From Candidatus Kryptoniota bacterium (lineage in GTDB: Bacteria; Bacteroidota; Ignavibacteria; Kryptoniales; JAKASW01), in contig JBMFVE010000001.1 in assembly GCA_049966155.1 (NCBI GenBank), forward strand, positions 722,169 through 786,168: a stretch of 64,000 bases of DNA. The letters are read 5' to 3'. The notes below the pieces were generated by a model that did no database searches, was not told the origin of the DNA, and was given only the letters and a program-made list of their open reading frames with translations. The position numbers were made by a program, and so were the translations under genes. Every line of letters starts with the position of its first letter. Position 1 is the stretch's first letter. This document shows positions 1 to 10,326 of this stretch, one piece after another.

Positions 1-1
1 A

Positions 2-907
2 ATTGAAGCACGTGACGCTGAAACCATTTACGAGATTCCTCTCATCTTCAGAAAACAGAAACTCGATCAAATTGTGTTAGACAAGTTTAATCTCAAGGCT
101 AAGGAACCCGATCTTACCGAATGGCAAAAAATGGTAGACCGCATTAAAAATCCTGCCCATTTTGTAAGAATAGGAATATGCGGCAAATATACGGAGCTTT
201 TGGACGCATATAAGAGCATCAGGGAAGCTTTCGTTCACGCAGGCGCTGAAAACGACGCAAAGGTTGAGCTAAAGTGGATTGCGGCTGAAGATGTGGAAAA
301 AGGCGGTGCTACGCAATACCTCGCTGATATTGATGGATTGCTTGTTCCCGGCGGATTCGGGGAAAGAGGAATTGAGGGTATGATTGACGCAATTCAGTTT
401 GCAAGAGAAAATAGTTTGCCCTACCTGGGAATCTGTCTTGGTATGCAAACAGCAATAATTGAATTTGCCCGCCATGTCGTTGGCTGGAAAGATGCTAACT
501 CAACCGAATTCAAAAAAACCCCTCACAATGTAATAGATATTATGCCCGCGCAAAAGGGGGTTAAAGAAAAAGGTGGCACAATGCGCCTGGGCGCTTACAT
601 CTGCATGCTGCAAAAAGGAACAAAAGCATTCGAGGCGTACGGAGTAGAAGTTATCAGCGAAAGACACAGGCACAGATACGAAGTAAACAATAAGTTCAGG
701 AAAAAACTTGCAGACGCCGGACTGAAATTCAGCGGACTCTCGCCAGATGGTGAACTTGTAGAAATTGTGGAACTTCAAAATCATCCCTGGTTTGTTGCAT
801 GTCAGTTTCATCCTGAACTAAAGTCACGCGCTACAAAGGCACATCCCTTGTTCAGAGAATTTGTTAAAGCCGCTTTATCTAGAAAAAGAACAACTGGGAC
901 GAGATAA
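2..907 (+). CDS. pyrG: CTP synthase, C-terminal glutamine amidotransferase part (5' end outside window)
   Basis: Frame open from window start (IEARDAETIYEIPL...). Motifs VPGGFGERG, GICLGMQ, GGTMRLG, ERHRHRYE, QFHPE. Confidence 0.97.
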   Translation: MEARDAETIYEIPLIFRKQKLDQIVLDKFNLKAKEPDLTEWQKMVDRIKNPAHFVRIGICGKYTELLDAYKSIREAFVHAGAENDAKVELKWIAAEDVEKGGATQYLADIDGLLVPGGFGERGIEGMIDAIQFARENSLPYLGICLGMQTAIIEFARHVVGWKDANSTEFKKTPHNVIDIMPAQKGVKEKGGTMRLGAYICMLQKGTKAFEAYGVEVISERHRHRYEVNNKFRKKLADAGLKFSGLSPDGELVEIVELQNHPWFVACQFHPELKSRATKAHPLFREFVKAALSRKRTTGTR

Positions 908-1015
908 ATACACCTTAACCGCCTGGTAGTTGCTTCCACTGTTTTGACTCGAGCTTATTCTCACCACATCTCCTATCCTTTGTAGAACTGGCGCAATGTT
1001 TAACTGAACATACGG

Positions 1016-1420
1016 TCAGTCGTGGACTTTTGCATTCAAAATAAACTTTCCTGATCGTTTGAAGAGAATCTCAACGCGTACTCTATCTCCATTGGCCAGT
1101 TTTCTCTTAACATTGATAAGCATAACATGATAACCACCCGGTTTGAACCTGACAACCGATCCAGCAGGGACAACTATATATTTGACCCGCTTCATTCCCA
1201 TCATACCGTCTTTCATATATGACTCATGTATTTGCGCTGCTTCACAAAAGGTGGCACGGACATCATAGAGTGTGTCGTCCTCATTTGACCGATTGACAAC
1301 CTTAAAATACAAAGCGCTTGTCATCCCTTTGTCAGCAGGTCTGATATAAGGATTTTCAATCTTTAGCTTCCCTGCATTTGCCTGGGTACTTAACAGTATC
1401 GTGATCAACAACCAGATCAT
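1016..1420 (-). CDS. Periplasmic copper chaperone PCu(A)C family
   Basis: Signal peptide, HESYMKDGMMGM and PGGYHVML motifs; directly downstream of an SCO gene. Confidence 0.9.
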   Translation of the reverse strand: MIWLLITILLSTQANAGKLKIENPYIRPADKGMTSALYFKVVNRSNEDDTLYDVRATFCEAAQIHESYMKDGMMGMKRVKYIVVPAGSVVRFKPGGYHVMLINVKRKLANGDRVRVEILFKRSGKFILNAKVHD

Positions 1421-1423
1421 TTT

Positions 1424-2029
1424 TTACTCCAATTGTTTTATGTCTTTAATAACTTCTTTGGCAACCAAAGTGCTCCCCCTGTATGACTTCCTAACCTTGC
1501 CATTCTTATCAATCAGTACCACCTTATCCGTGTGTGTTATATAATAAATGAGTTTTCCATTTGACAGATATGATGAGTCACCCGGGAAATATCTTATATC
1601 CATCTCGTTCAAAACCGTGTCAACGCTTGCGCGTGTACCTGTCAAAAAGTCCCAATTACTTAGATCAATCCCCCGGATATCAGCATATTCTTTAAGAATA
1701 TTTGGAGTATCTCTGTTTGGATCAAATGTTAACGACAAAAGCTGCACATTTCCGATTTTCTCAACTCTGAGGCTGTCCTGCAGATGCTGCATGTTGTTTG
1801 TAGTAAGCGGACATACGTCGGGACAGTGAGTATAAATAAAACTCATAACAACTATCTTTCCTCTATAGTCTGAAGGAAACACAACCTTTAAGCTATCCTG
1901 GTTGAGAAATGTCTCCTGTTTCTTACCGACATCAGTTAGCACTGGCAATCTGGTACATCCGTTTACCAGAATTGCTGCGACCGAGAGTATAATAATAAAA
2001 AATAAGTGAGATTTCTTCTTACAACTCAC
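1424..2029 (-). CDS. SCO1/SenC family copper-binding lipoprotein
   Basis: YTHCPDVCP CxxxC motif, DPNRDT, distal His (ITHT). Start moved to GTG 2029 after an AGGAAGG SD; the track start at 2095 overlaps uvrC. Confidence 0.9.
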   Translation of the reverse strand: MSCKKKSHLFFIIILSVAAILVNGCTRLPVLTDVGKKQETFLNQDSLKVVFPSDYRGKIVVMSFIYTHCPDVCPLTTNNMQHLQDSLRVEKIGNVQLLSLTFDPNRDTPNILKEYADIRGIDLSNWDFLTGTRASVDTVLNEMDIRYFPGDSSYLSNGKLIYYITHTDKVVLIDKNGKVRKSYRGSTLVAKEVIKDIKQLE

Positions 2030-2033
2030 AAAA

Positions 2034-3932
2034 TCATCCTTCCTCGCTATGGTCAGTAAGAGCAGAATCCAGGTACTGTTTAAGTCTTTCAGCAACCTTA
2101 CGTCCTACAACTTCTTCAAGCTCAACAATTTTGGCGGATGCAATGTTTCTGACTGAGCCAAATTTCATTAGGAGTTGATCCGCTCTTTTCTTGCCAATGC
2201 CATCAACTTCCGTTAAAATTGTTGAAACCACACGTTTTCCACGTACTTTCCGATGAAAAGTAATTGCGAACCGATGTGCTTCATCCCTGATCTTTTGCAG
2301 CAGCTTCAATGCTGAAGAAGTTCTCGGAAGAAGTAAAGGCTCACTTTGATCAGGGAAGAATACTTCTTCAAGTCTCTTTGCCAGCCCTATAATTGGTTGA
2401 TTCTCAATGCCCAGTTCACGCAGGCTTTCAAGTGCTGCAGATAATTGTCCCCTGCCACCATCAACCATTATGAGATCAGGATACTGACCCCCCTCTCTCT
2501 TCAAGCGCGAGTATCTGCGGAAAATAATCTCTCTCATGCTGGCAAAGTCATCCGGACCACTTACAGTCTTTATCTTAAACTTTCTATATTCACTTTTTTT
2601 CGGTTTACCGTCGACAAAAACAACCATAGAAGCAACTGCGTCACTTCCCTGTATATTTGAATTGTCAAAACATTCTATTCTTCTTGGGGGTACAGGCAAT
2701 CTTAAGTCTCGCTGCAATGATTGCAAAGTAAACGGAACGGTTTCCCGGCTCTTCGCTTTTTGAATCTTTAATTCGTCCAGCATGAATCGGGCATTTGCCT
2801 GGCACATTCGCAGCAGTTTAAGATCCTCGCTATCCGTGCCTGTTGAATTCTTTGAAGGAACTACGATCTTCACTTCCGAACCGCGCTTTTCCTTTAATAA
2901 TTCGGAAGCAAATTCAATGTCTTCAGGCTCAGCCGCTAAGTAAACCTCTTCTGGTATATAATCAGCTTTCAAATAGTACCGCTCGATCAGGATTTGAACC
3001 ACTTCAGATTCAGATCTGCCACTAACATTAGAAAGGTAAAAATGGTGCTTTCCTATCAACTTTCCATCGCGTATCTTGAAAATCACACCACAAGCATCAT
3101 CATCTTCTATAACGTCGGCAATGATATCCCGATCCACCAGGTCTAAGGATACGATTTTCTGTTGCTCAGTGTAAATTTTAATTGCCTGAATTTTATTCCT
3201 TACCATGGCTGCTTTTTCATACTCCAGTCGCTCAGAGTATACGTTCATCTCGCTCGTCAACTGATCAATTAACGACTGTGATTTCCCCTGTATTAACTTG
3301 GCAACATGTGAAATCATTTCATTGTACTCCTCTCGACTGACATAGCCTTCACATGGTCCCCCGCACTTATGAATGTGATAATCGAGACAGACCTTCCATT
3401 TGTGACGGGAAATCCCATCCACCGTCAGGGGTAATCTGCAGCTCCTTATCTGAAAAATGTCCCGTATGGATTTAAGTGCATACCGCATCGTCTTGACATC
3501 AGTAAACGGGCCAAAATAACGTGAGCCATCTTGTTTTATCTTTCGCGTAGGGAATACCCTTGGGAACTCTTCATTTGTGATAACAATGTATGGATAAGAT
3601 TTATCATCACGCAATTCAATATTATACCTTGGCTTGAGTTTCTTGATGAGTGTATTTTCAAGTATCAATGCTTCCATTTCGTTGTCAGTTACTATGATTT
3701 CAAGATCAGCTATCTTTGAAACCATCGCTCTCGTCTTTGGATCAAAATCGTGCCCCTTTTGAAAATACGAACGTACCCTGCTGCGAAGTACTTTTGCCTT
3801 TCCAACATAAATAACCTTTCCATCCGAGCTTTTGAATTCATAAACCCCGGGAAGGCGCGGTAAACCTTCAAGCTTCTCCTTTAAGAGAAAACCAGCATTT
3901 TGAAATTCAATATCATCATATGGATGATTCAT
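2034..3932 (-). CDS. uvrC: Excinuclease ABC subunit C
   Basis: GIY-YIG (PGVY...IYVGKAK), RIECFDNS, DGGRGQ, RDEAHRFA, C-terminal HhH. Start probably ATG 3932 (track 3980). Confidence 0.97.
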   Translation of the reverse strand: MNHPYDDIEFQNAGFLLKEKLEGLPRLPGVYEFKSSDGKVIYVGKAKVLRSRVRSYFQKGHDFDPKTRAMVSKIADLEIIVTDNEMEALILENTLIKKLKPRYNIELRDDKSYPYIVITNEEFPRVFPTRKIKQDGSRYFGPFTDVKTMRYALKSIRDIFQIRSCRLPLTVDGISRHKWKVCLDYHIHKCGGPCEGYVSREEYNEMISHVAKLIQGKSQSLIDQLTSEMNVYSERLEYEKAAMVRNKIQAIKIYTEQQKIVSLDLVDRDIIADVIEDDDACGVIFKIRDGKLIGKHHFYLSNVSGRSESEVVQILIERYYLKADYIPEEVYLAAEPEDIEFASELLKEKRGSEVKIVVPSKNSTGTDSEDLKLLRMCQANARFMLDELKIQKAKSRETVPFTLQSLQRDLRLPVPPRRIECFDNSNIQGSDAVASMVVFVDGKPKKSEYRKFKIKTVSGPDDFASMREIIFRRYSRLKREGGQYPDLIMVDGGRGQLSAALESLRELGIENQPIIGLAKRLEEVFFPDQSEPLLLPRTSSALKLLQKIRDEAHRFAITFHRKVRGKRVVSTILTEVDGIGKKRADQLLMKFGSVRNIASAKIVELEEVVGRKVAERLKQYLDSALTDHSEEG

Positions 3933-4022
3933 TTGGATCTCACCTGGTTCCAAATAACTAAATTGCAGAGCCTGGAGCAAGCCTGTAACAATCCACCAGA
4001 AGCCAACACCATCCTTGATTAA

Positions 4023-4427
4023 CTATTTTTTCTGGCTCAGCTCCACCAGTACTCCACCTGTTGTTCTTGGATGTATAAACGCAATCAGGTTCCCATCAGC
4101 TCCCCGCCTCGGGGTCTCATCAATCAGCTGAAACCCTTCATCCTTTAGCCGTTTTAATTCCGAATTGATGTCCGAGACTTCGAAACAAATATGATGAATT
4201 CCTTCACCACGTTTAGAAATGAATTTGGCAACAGTTGAGCTTGAATCGAGGGGGCCAACTAGTTCAATTCTGGACCCACCTATGGGTAGCATTAAAACGC
4301 GAACCTTCTGTTCCGGAATATCCTCCTCCAACTCCACCTTTCCACCTGTGAGTTTTTCGAAGGACATCCCTGCAGCAGCAATATCGCTGACTGCGATTGC
4401 AATATGACTGATCTTTGTAAACGCCAT
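4023..4427 (-). CDS. mce: Methylmalonyl-CoA epimerase (VOC family)
   Basis: HIAIAV, IELV, GEGIHHICFEV, AFIHPRTTGGVLVEL. Confidence 0.92.
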   Translation of the reverse strand: MAFTKISHIAIAVSDIAAAGMSFEKLTGGKVELEEDIPEQKVRVLMLPIGGSRIELVGPLDSSSTVAKFISKRGEGIHHICFEVSDINSELKRLKDEGFQLIDETPRRGADGNLIAFIHPRTTGGVLVELSQKK

Positions 4428-4561
4428 ACATTCCTGCCTTTTACTATTTTCCTCTTAAATTTACCGAAGCAGCTGACAAAATAGAAATCTACCTGCGTCT
4501 GTCGTACCTTGAGCAATTCGTGTTTCTTTGTTACTATTATAAAATAAGATTTAAGAGAACA

Positions 4562-6253
4562 ATGACAAAAATTTCTTTCTTAATAATAGCTTTCCTTACA
4601 GTGCAATCAGCGTTTGCACAAATATCATCCTACGATCAGCTCAAACCAGGACAATCGGGTTCACAGACAACTCAACCGATCCAGCTTCCTGTCTTGGGAA
4701 CGGGTGCCTTCACAACAAGTGCAGAGTTTTTCCGGAATTTGCAGGGCCAGGGAACTCTAATTCAACCTCCCCCCTACGATATGCAGGTTGACACGAATAG
4801 TTATGTCCTTGGTCCAGGTGATGTGCTGAATATCGGGGTCTGGGGAGCAAATCCCTTCTCGTATAATTTATCAATTACCCCTGAAGGCTCATTGATAATC
4901 CCTACTTTTGGAGAAATTCATGTAGGAGGACTGACACTTGCCAGGGCAAAGGAGCTTGCACGTAAAAGGCTCGGTACACAGTTTAAGAACTCAAACATTA
5001 CCCTGACTCTGATATATCCGCGAACCTTCTACGTCGTTGTAGCTGGTAAAGTTAAAACACCCGGCCGCTACACTGTTACCTCATTTGATCGCGTTGATAG
5101 AGCCTTTATGATGGCAAACATGCCAAAGAATCAATATGATACAACCACAGTTTTACCAAAATTTTCGCTGAGACGCATCAAGCTGATTCATACTGACGGC
5201 ACAACTGAAAACGTAGATCTTCTAAAATTTTATATTACAGGCAGCTTAAAGGATGATCCGTATTTACAACAGGGAGACGCCATTATTGTTCCAGAAGAAG
5301 ATTTTGCATCTGGGAGCATCAGTATTTCAGGCGCTGTTAAAATGCCCGGAAACTTTGAATATGTTCCTGGAGACAGGCTGAAAGATCTGCTGGAACTTTC
5401 ACAGGGAATGACAGCGCTGGCACAACCCCGGGAGACTGAAGTTTACTCTTTGGTCAATGGAAGATACTCTTCCCGCCTGGTCGATGCGACGGACTCGGCA
5501 GTCTTAAACATGGAACTGCCGCCAAACTCCAGGGTTGTAGTTCCCATCGTCAGGGAACATATTAACGATTACTATGTATGGGTCGAGGGTGAAGTGGCCA
5601 GACCTGGGATATATCCCATAACAAGAGACTCGACAAAGCTTTCTCAAATTATTAATCTTGCTGGCGGATTCACTGAGCACGCATCGCTTTCTGACGCACA
5701 GATTTTCAGAGAAAAAACATTGCGCTTTGACACGTCGCTGGTATTTACCCGCACGTCAGGAGTTTCGGAGGAAGAGCTCCCCTATATCATCAGAGAACTC
5801 AAAATAAAAAACAAATATGACGAAGTATCCGCAAATTTCCTGAAATTGTTTGCAAACCACGACTCATCATTTGACCGGTTTTTGAAAAGCGGAGACATAA
5901 TTTATGTTCCAGCAAACAAAGGTGCGGTATACATGTTTGGACAGGTGAAAAACCCTGGATACGTTGACTATCATCCCGGTTGGACATACAGGGATTATGT
6001 AAGAGAAGCAGGTGGATACACCGATGGAGCTGAAACAGGGAATGTCAAAATAATAAAAGGGGGATCATATCAGTGGTACGAAGCAACTAAATCTACCATA
6101 GCTCCTGGTGACCTTGTCTTTGTGCCACGGACGACCATAAAACCACAGCTTTATACCTGGAACCTTACAAAGGATATAATTGGAACAATTGGTGCTGTAG
6201 CCTCAATTGCAGCGACAGTCATCCTTATCGTCCGTACAGCGCAAGGAAAATAG
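4562..6253 (+). CDS. SLBB-domain polysaccharide export protein (Wza/KpsD-like)
   Basis: Signal peptide MTKISFLII..AFAQ, Poly_export motif YVLGPGD, repeated SLBB motifs (GAVKMPG, GEVARPG, GQVKNPG), C-terminal hydrophobic helix. Start ATG 4562 (track 4520). Confidence 0.85.
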   Translation: MTKISFLIIAFLTVQSAFAQISSYDQLKPGQSGSQTTQPIQLPVLGTGAFTTSAEFFRNLQGQGTLIQPPPYDMQVDTNSYVLGPGDVLNIGVWGANPFSYNLSITPEGSLIIPTFGEIHVGGLTLARAKELARKRLGTQFKNSNITLTLIYPRTFYVVVAGKVKTPGRYTVTSFDRVDRAFMMANMPKNQYDTTTVLPKFSLRRIKLIHTDGTTENVDLLKFYITGSLKDDPYLQQGDAIIVPEEDFASGSISISGAVKMPGNFEYVPGDRLKDLLELSQGMTALAQPRETEVYSLVNGRYSSRLVDATDSAVLNMELPPNSRVVVPIVREHINDYYVWVEGEVARPGIYPITRDSTKLSQIINLAGGFTEHASLSDAQIFREKTLRFDTSLVFTRTSGVSEEELPYIIRELKIKNKYDEVSANFLKLFANHDSSFDRFLKSGDIIYVPANKGAVYMFGQVKNPGYVDYHPGWTYRDYVREAGGYTDGAETGNVKIIKGGSYQWYEATKSTIAPGDLVFVPRTTIKPQLYTWNLTKDIIGTIGAVASIAATVILIVRTAQGK

Positions 6254-6302
6254 GTTATGCCATGCAATTTGATAGATTTGCTAAGCTGAAAATATAACAC
6301 CG

Positions 6303-6329
6303 GGGCAGTATGCAAAAACCATACTGCCC
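6303..6329. terminator. Stem-loop between convergent genes, probable terminator
   Basis: GGGCAGTATG-caaaaac-CATACTGCCC, perfect 10-bp stem between the SLBB gene and ssb; no strong U-tract. Confidence 0.55.
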
Positions 6330-6380
6330 ATAACCCGCTCCATTCAAATCCGGAATCCCTAAAAATTAAAACGACCCTAC

Positions 6381-6785
6381 TTAAAAGGGGAGGTCATCCT
6401 TTTCTCCCCCCTCTGGCGGCTCAATTCCTGGTTCTTCTTTTTCTCCGTCCTGCCTTGTACCTAACATTACAAGATCTGTCATCACTATCTCGGTGACGTT
6501 CCGCTTGGTTCCATTTTTGTCTTCGTATTCTCGATACTGAAGCCTCCCCTCAATGTAGGCTTTTCTCCCTTTCTTCAAATATTCAGCGGCAATTTCAGCA
6601 AGCTTTCCCCAGGCTACAATATTATGCCATGCCGTACGCTCCTGTTGATTACCGTCCTGGTCTTTCCACGACTCGTTTGTTGCAAGGCTGAAACTTGCAA
6701 CAGCAGTCCCGCTCGGAATGTACCGCAGTTCAGGATCCTTCCCAAGATTGCCAATCAATATAACTTTGTTCACACTTCTCGCCAT
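6381..6785 (-). CDS. ssb: Single-stranded DNA-binding protein
   Basis: [19 protein letters not shown]...WHNIV...C-terminal DDLPF. Confidence 0.98.
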   Translation of the reverse strand: MARSVNKVILIGNLGKDPELRYIPSGTAVASFSLATNESWKDQDGNQQERTAWHNIVAWGKLAEIAAEYLKKGRKAYIEGRLQYREYEDKNGTKRNVTEIVMTDLVMLGTRQDGEKEEPGIEPPEGGEKDDLPF

Positions 6786-6819
6786 ATCCTGCCTCTTAGT
6801 TTGTTTTTGGATTTGTTAG

Positions 6820-6848
6820 AAGTTAATAGAGGATTTCATTTATGTCAA
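6820..6848 (-). promoter_or_regulatory. Putative sigma70 promoter of ssb
   Basis: Minus strand TTGACA-17 nt-TAACTT, about 35 nt upstream of the ssb ATG. Confidence 0.5.
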
Positions 6849-6997
6849 ATCTTTTTTATCCTATTGACACTTGACTTATTATTGAATATTTGAAATGTTC
6901 AATCGTTGCATTTTCGGACTTTGGTTCCCTTTTGTCCCATGGTTGAACAAATTAGACCAATTAAGCAACACTTTTCTGAAGAATTTCTGAGATCTTC

Positions 6998-7013
6998 TGG
7001 CACATTAATTGTT
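6998..7013 (+). promoter_or_regulatory. Sigma54-like -24/-12 element upstream of the hydrogenase operon
   Basis: TGGCAC-ATTAA-TTGTT versus consensus TGGCAC-N5-TTGCW; the -12 GC is GT here. Confidence 0.35.
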
Positions 7014-7042
7014 TACTGTATTGAAAAAGGGTCGGTAATATA

Positions 7043-8170
7043 ATGAATGCATATAAGCTACACCCTTCTGAAATATCAACACTCATAGAATCAATTAAAC
7101 AGGATGATTACAAAATAATTGGGCCCAGAGTTAGAGACGGTGCAATTATATATGATGAGATCGGGTCCTTAAATGATCTTCCAATTGGCATAACCGACGA
7201 ACAGAACGCCGGGGAATACCGCCTCGTAAAGAGGGCTGATCGTTCTTTCTTTGGCTACAATGTTGGTCCGCAGTCATGGAAGAAATTCCTTTTTCCCCCT
7301 ATCAGCAAGCTGTTTAGCATAAGAAAGGATGGAAAAGGTATTTTTGTCGATACGTCTACCAATACCCAGCAGCAAAAGTTAGCATTCATAGGCGTGCGCC
7401 CGTGCGAATTAAGTGCAATTTCAATTCAGGACAAGATTTTCCTGAACCCACAGTTTGCAGACCAGGAATACCAGCGTCGGAGAAATAGTGTGCTTATAGT
7501 AGCTGTAAATTGCACTAAATCCGGAGAAACCTGTTTTTGCTCGTCTATGAAGACCGGACCCAGGGCAAGATCGGGTTATGACGTTCTCCTTACAGAAGTC
7601 ATTGATGAAACTCAGCACTTCTTCATTATGGAAGTGGGGAGTGAACTGGGCGGCAAAATTACATCCGCACTTAAGCTTAAAGAAGCGTCAGAAAACGAGA
7701 TTAAACTCTCCTTTGATTTAGTGGAAGAAGCTGCCAAAAAAATGGGGCGCTCACTTGACACTGACGGCCTCGCACAAGCTATTGCACGTAATCTTGAAAG
7801 CGCTCACTGGGACGATGTTGCAAAGAGATGCCTGGCATGCGCGAACTGCACACTCGTTTGCCCGACCTGCTTTTGCTCCACAGTGGAAGATGTAACAAGT
7901 CTTGACGGAAAAACAGCCGAAAGATGGAAGAAATGGGATTCTTGCTTTACAATGAGCTTTGCAAGAGTCGCAGGAGGAAATTTTCGGTCTTCCCAGAAGT
8001 CCCGTTACAGACAGTGGCTTACTCACAAGTTATCCTTCTGGGTAGAACAATTTGGTACATATGGTTGCGTGGGATGCGGTCGTTGCATAACGTGGTGCCC
8101 GGCATGTATAGATATAACCCAAGAGGCAAAAGCGTTGCTTGAAGTAGAAAAAAAAGCTAATGGAGGTTAA
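7043..8170 (+). CDS. hydB: Group 3b NiFe-hydrogenase (sulfhydrogenase) beta subunit, 4Fe-4S dicluster
   Basis: GVRPCEL, CFCSSM, CLACANCTLVCPTCFC, CVGCGRCITWCP; operon context. Confidence 0.9.
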   Translation: MNAYKLHPSEISTLIESIKQDDYKIIGPRVRDGAIIYDEIGSLNDLPIGITDEQNAGEYRLVKRADRSFFGYNVGPQSWKKFLFPPISKLFSIRKDGKGIFVDTSTNTQQQKLAFIGVRPCELSAISIQDKIFLNPQFADQEYQRRRNSVLIVAVNCTKSGETCFCSSMKTGPRARSGYDVLLTEVIDETQHFFIMEVGSELGGKITSALKLKEASENEIKLSFDLVEEAAKKMGRSLDTDGLAQAIARNLESAHWDDVAKRCLACANCTLVCPTCFCSTVEDVTSLDGKTAERWKKWDSCFTMSFARVAGGNFRSSQKSRYRQWLTHKLSFWVEQFGTYGCVGCGRCITWCPACIDITQEAKALLEVEKKANGG

Positions 8171-8172
8171 GA

Positions 8173-8643
8173 ATGCAAACACAAGATCTTTCTGTACTGC
8201 TTAGAAAGCATCCTTTCATTGCTGATTTAGAGGAAGAATTCTTGAAGACTTTGCTGGGGTGTGCCTCAAATGCTCTATTTCATGAAGGTAGCTATCTCTT
8301 TCATGAAGGTGAAGCCGCCTCTACTTTTTATTTAATCCGCACAGGAAGGGTTGCACTTGAACTGTCGGCTGGTCAACGCGGAAAAATACGCATTCAGACA
8401 ATTGGACCTGGAGAAGTTATCGGCTGGTCATGGCTTATTTCACCGTACCGTTGGCATTTCGATGGGTATGCTGTGGAAGATGTTCATACATTTGCTATCG
8501 ACGCAACATGCCTAAGAACAAAATGTGAAAACGACCATCACTTTGGGTACGAAATGTTAAAAAGATTTTCTGAGGTGTTAGAGCAGCGTTTAAATGCAAC
8601 GCGACTTCAACTACTCGATATATACAGTATCTCGGCCAAATAA
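8173..8643 (+). CDS. Stand-alone cyclic-nucleotide-binding (CAP_ED) domain protein, no HTH
   Basis: LFHEGEAASTFYLIRTGRVAL...GPGEVIGWSWL; 156 aa. Confidence 0.88.
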   Translation: MQTQDLSVLLRKHPFIADLEEEFLKTLLGCASNALFHEGSYLFHEGEAASTFYLIRTGRVALELSAGQRGKIRIQTIGPGEVIGWSWLISPYRWHFDGYAVEDVHTFAIDATCLRTKCENDHHFGYEMLKRFSEVLEQRLNATRLQLLDIYSISAK

Positions 8644-8687
8644 AGAAACAAAGCAACAAAACATTTAAGGAGTGTCTACATAATACA

Positions 8688-9548
8688 ATGGAAACAGCCA
8701 GGACTGACAGTAACTTTAGCCTCGATCCAATGATTCCCTTAACAGCAGTGGTTCGCCGTGTAGTATGGGAAACCGACGACACATTTACCCTTTTGCTCGA
8801 ACCACCTCTTCTCGACGGTAGGCGTTTTTCTTTTCTGCCAGGACAGTTCAACATGCTTTATGCATTCGGGACAGGTGAAGCAGCAATTTCAATTAGTTCA
8901 GACCCATACAAAACTGATAGACTGGCACACACAATTCACCGAGTAGGGACGGTTACATCAGCATTGTCAAGGCTGAAGCGGGGGGATATGATCGGGTTGC
9001 GCGGGCCTTTCGGCATGCCTTGGCCAATGAAGAAAGCTGAAGGAAAAGATGTGTTTATCGTAGCAGGAGGAATTGGCCTGGCGCCTCTTCGTCCAGTAAT
9101 CTACTATATATTAAGACAGCGGCAGAAATTCCAGAGGGTGGCCTTGCTTTACGGCGCACGAAGTCCCCTTGATTTGTTGTATCGGGTTGAACTGGAACAA
9201 TGGAACAGACTTGACGATTTTGAAGTGTTGATAACTGTGGATCGTGGTGACTCGTCGTGGAAAGGGCATATTGGTGTCGTCACAAACCTATTTTCCTATA
9301 TAAAGCTCGACGCCAGTTCGACAATCGCATTGGTTTGTGGCCCTGAAATTATGATGAAGTATACAGTGGAAGAGCTTAGACACAGGGGTCTGTCCATTGA
9401 ACAAATATATATTTCTATGGAAAGAAATATGAAATGTGGAATTGGAATATGCGGCCACTGCCAGTACGGACCAAAATTTGTTTGCAGAGATGGACCTGTA
9501 TTCCAGCTACCTGAAGTTGAGTACCTCATAGATATAAAGGAAGTTTAA
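8688..9548 (+). CDS. hydG: Group 3b hydrogenase gamma subunit (FAD/NAD(P)-binding, 2Fe-2S)
   Basis: [39 protein letters not shown]...CRDGPVF. Confidence 0.92.
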   Translation: METARTDSNFSLDPMIPLTAVVRRVVWETDDTFTLLLEPPLLDGRRFSFLPGQFNMLYAFGTGEAAISISSDPYKTDRLAHTIHRVGTVTSALSRLKRGDMIGLRGPFGMPWPMKKAEGKDVFIVAGGIGLAPLRPVIYYILRQRQKFQRVALLYGARSPLDLLYRVELEQWNRLDDFEVLITVDRGDSSWKGHIGVVTNLFSYIKLDASSTIALVCGPEIMMKYTVEELRHRGLSIEQIYISMERNMKCGIGICGHCQYGPKFVCRDGPVFQLPEVEYLIDIKEV

Positions 9549-9549
9549 A

Positions 9550-10326
9550 ATGTCTGCAGCAAAACAAAAATTAGCTATTTTCAAATTTGCATCTTGTGAT
9601 GGATGCCAATTGTCGCTGCTCGACGCTGAAGATGAACTACTTTCTGTTGCAAATTCTGTTGAAATTGCGTTCTTTCCAGAAGCAAGCCGAAGAATGCTGA
9701 AAGGACCTTATGATATTGGAATAGTAGAGGGAAGTATCACAACCCCTCATGATGTTGAACATATCCGTGAAATCAGAAAGCAATGCCATACACTCATCAC
9801 AATTGGAGCTTGTGCGACAGCTGGTGGAATTCAGGCATTACGCAACTGGAAAGACATTAAAGATTTCATAAAAATAGTCTACGCTTCAGCTGAATACATT
9901 TCAACGCTCGATAGATCCATGCCGATAGGTTCATTTGTACATGTTGACTTTGAACTCCGGGGATGCCCGATAAATAAATATCAGCTTATCGAGACAATTA
10001 ACGCTTTTCTTAACAAACGCAAACCAAATATACCTTCACATAGCGTTTGCATGGAGTGTAAGACGAAAGGGAATATTTGCGTTATGGTAGCGCATGGAAT
10101 CCCTTGCCTTGGACCTGTCACCCACGCAGGGTGCGGCGCAATTTGTCCAGCTTATAATCGGGGCTGTTATGGATGCTATGGACCAGTTGAAAATCCAAAC
10201 ACATCATCTCTTTCCAAACAGATGTCTAACCTTGGCCAAACCAGACAGGATATCGTGCTTGCCTATAGAACCTTTAACGCGTACGCAGAATCTTTTCGAA
10301 CGGAGAGTGAATCGCATGAAAAATAA
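9550..10326 (+). CDS. hydD: Group 3b hydrogenase small (delta) subunit
   Basis: [26 protein letters not shown]...[15 protein letters not shown]...CYGCYGP. Confidence 0.92.
   Translation: MSAAKQKLAIFKFASCDGCQLSLLDAEDELLSVANSVEIAFFPEASRRMLKGPYDIGIVEGSITTPHDVEHIREIRKQCHTLITIGACATAGGIQALRNWKDIKDFIKIVYASAEYISTLDRSMPIGSFVHVDFELRGCPINKYQLIETINAFLNKRKPNIPSHSVCMECKTKGNICVMVAHGIPCLGPVTHAGCGAICPAYNRGCYGCYGPVENPNTSSLSKQMSNLGQTRQDIVLAYRTFNAYAESFRTESESHEK

Noticed and set aside
10094-10315. N-terminal extension of the hydrogenase large subunit in the ORF track
   Set aside because: Overlaps hydD coding sequence; family similarity begins after ATG 10316.
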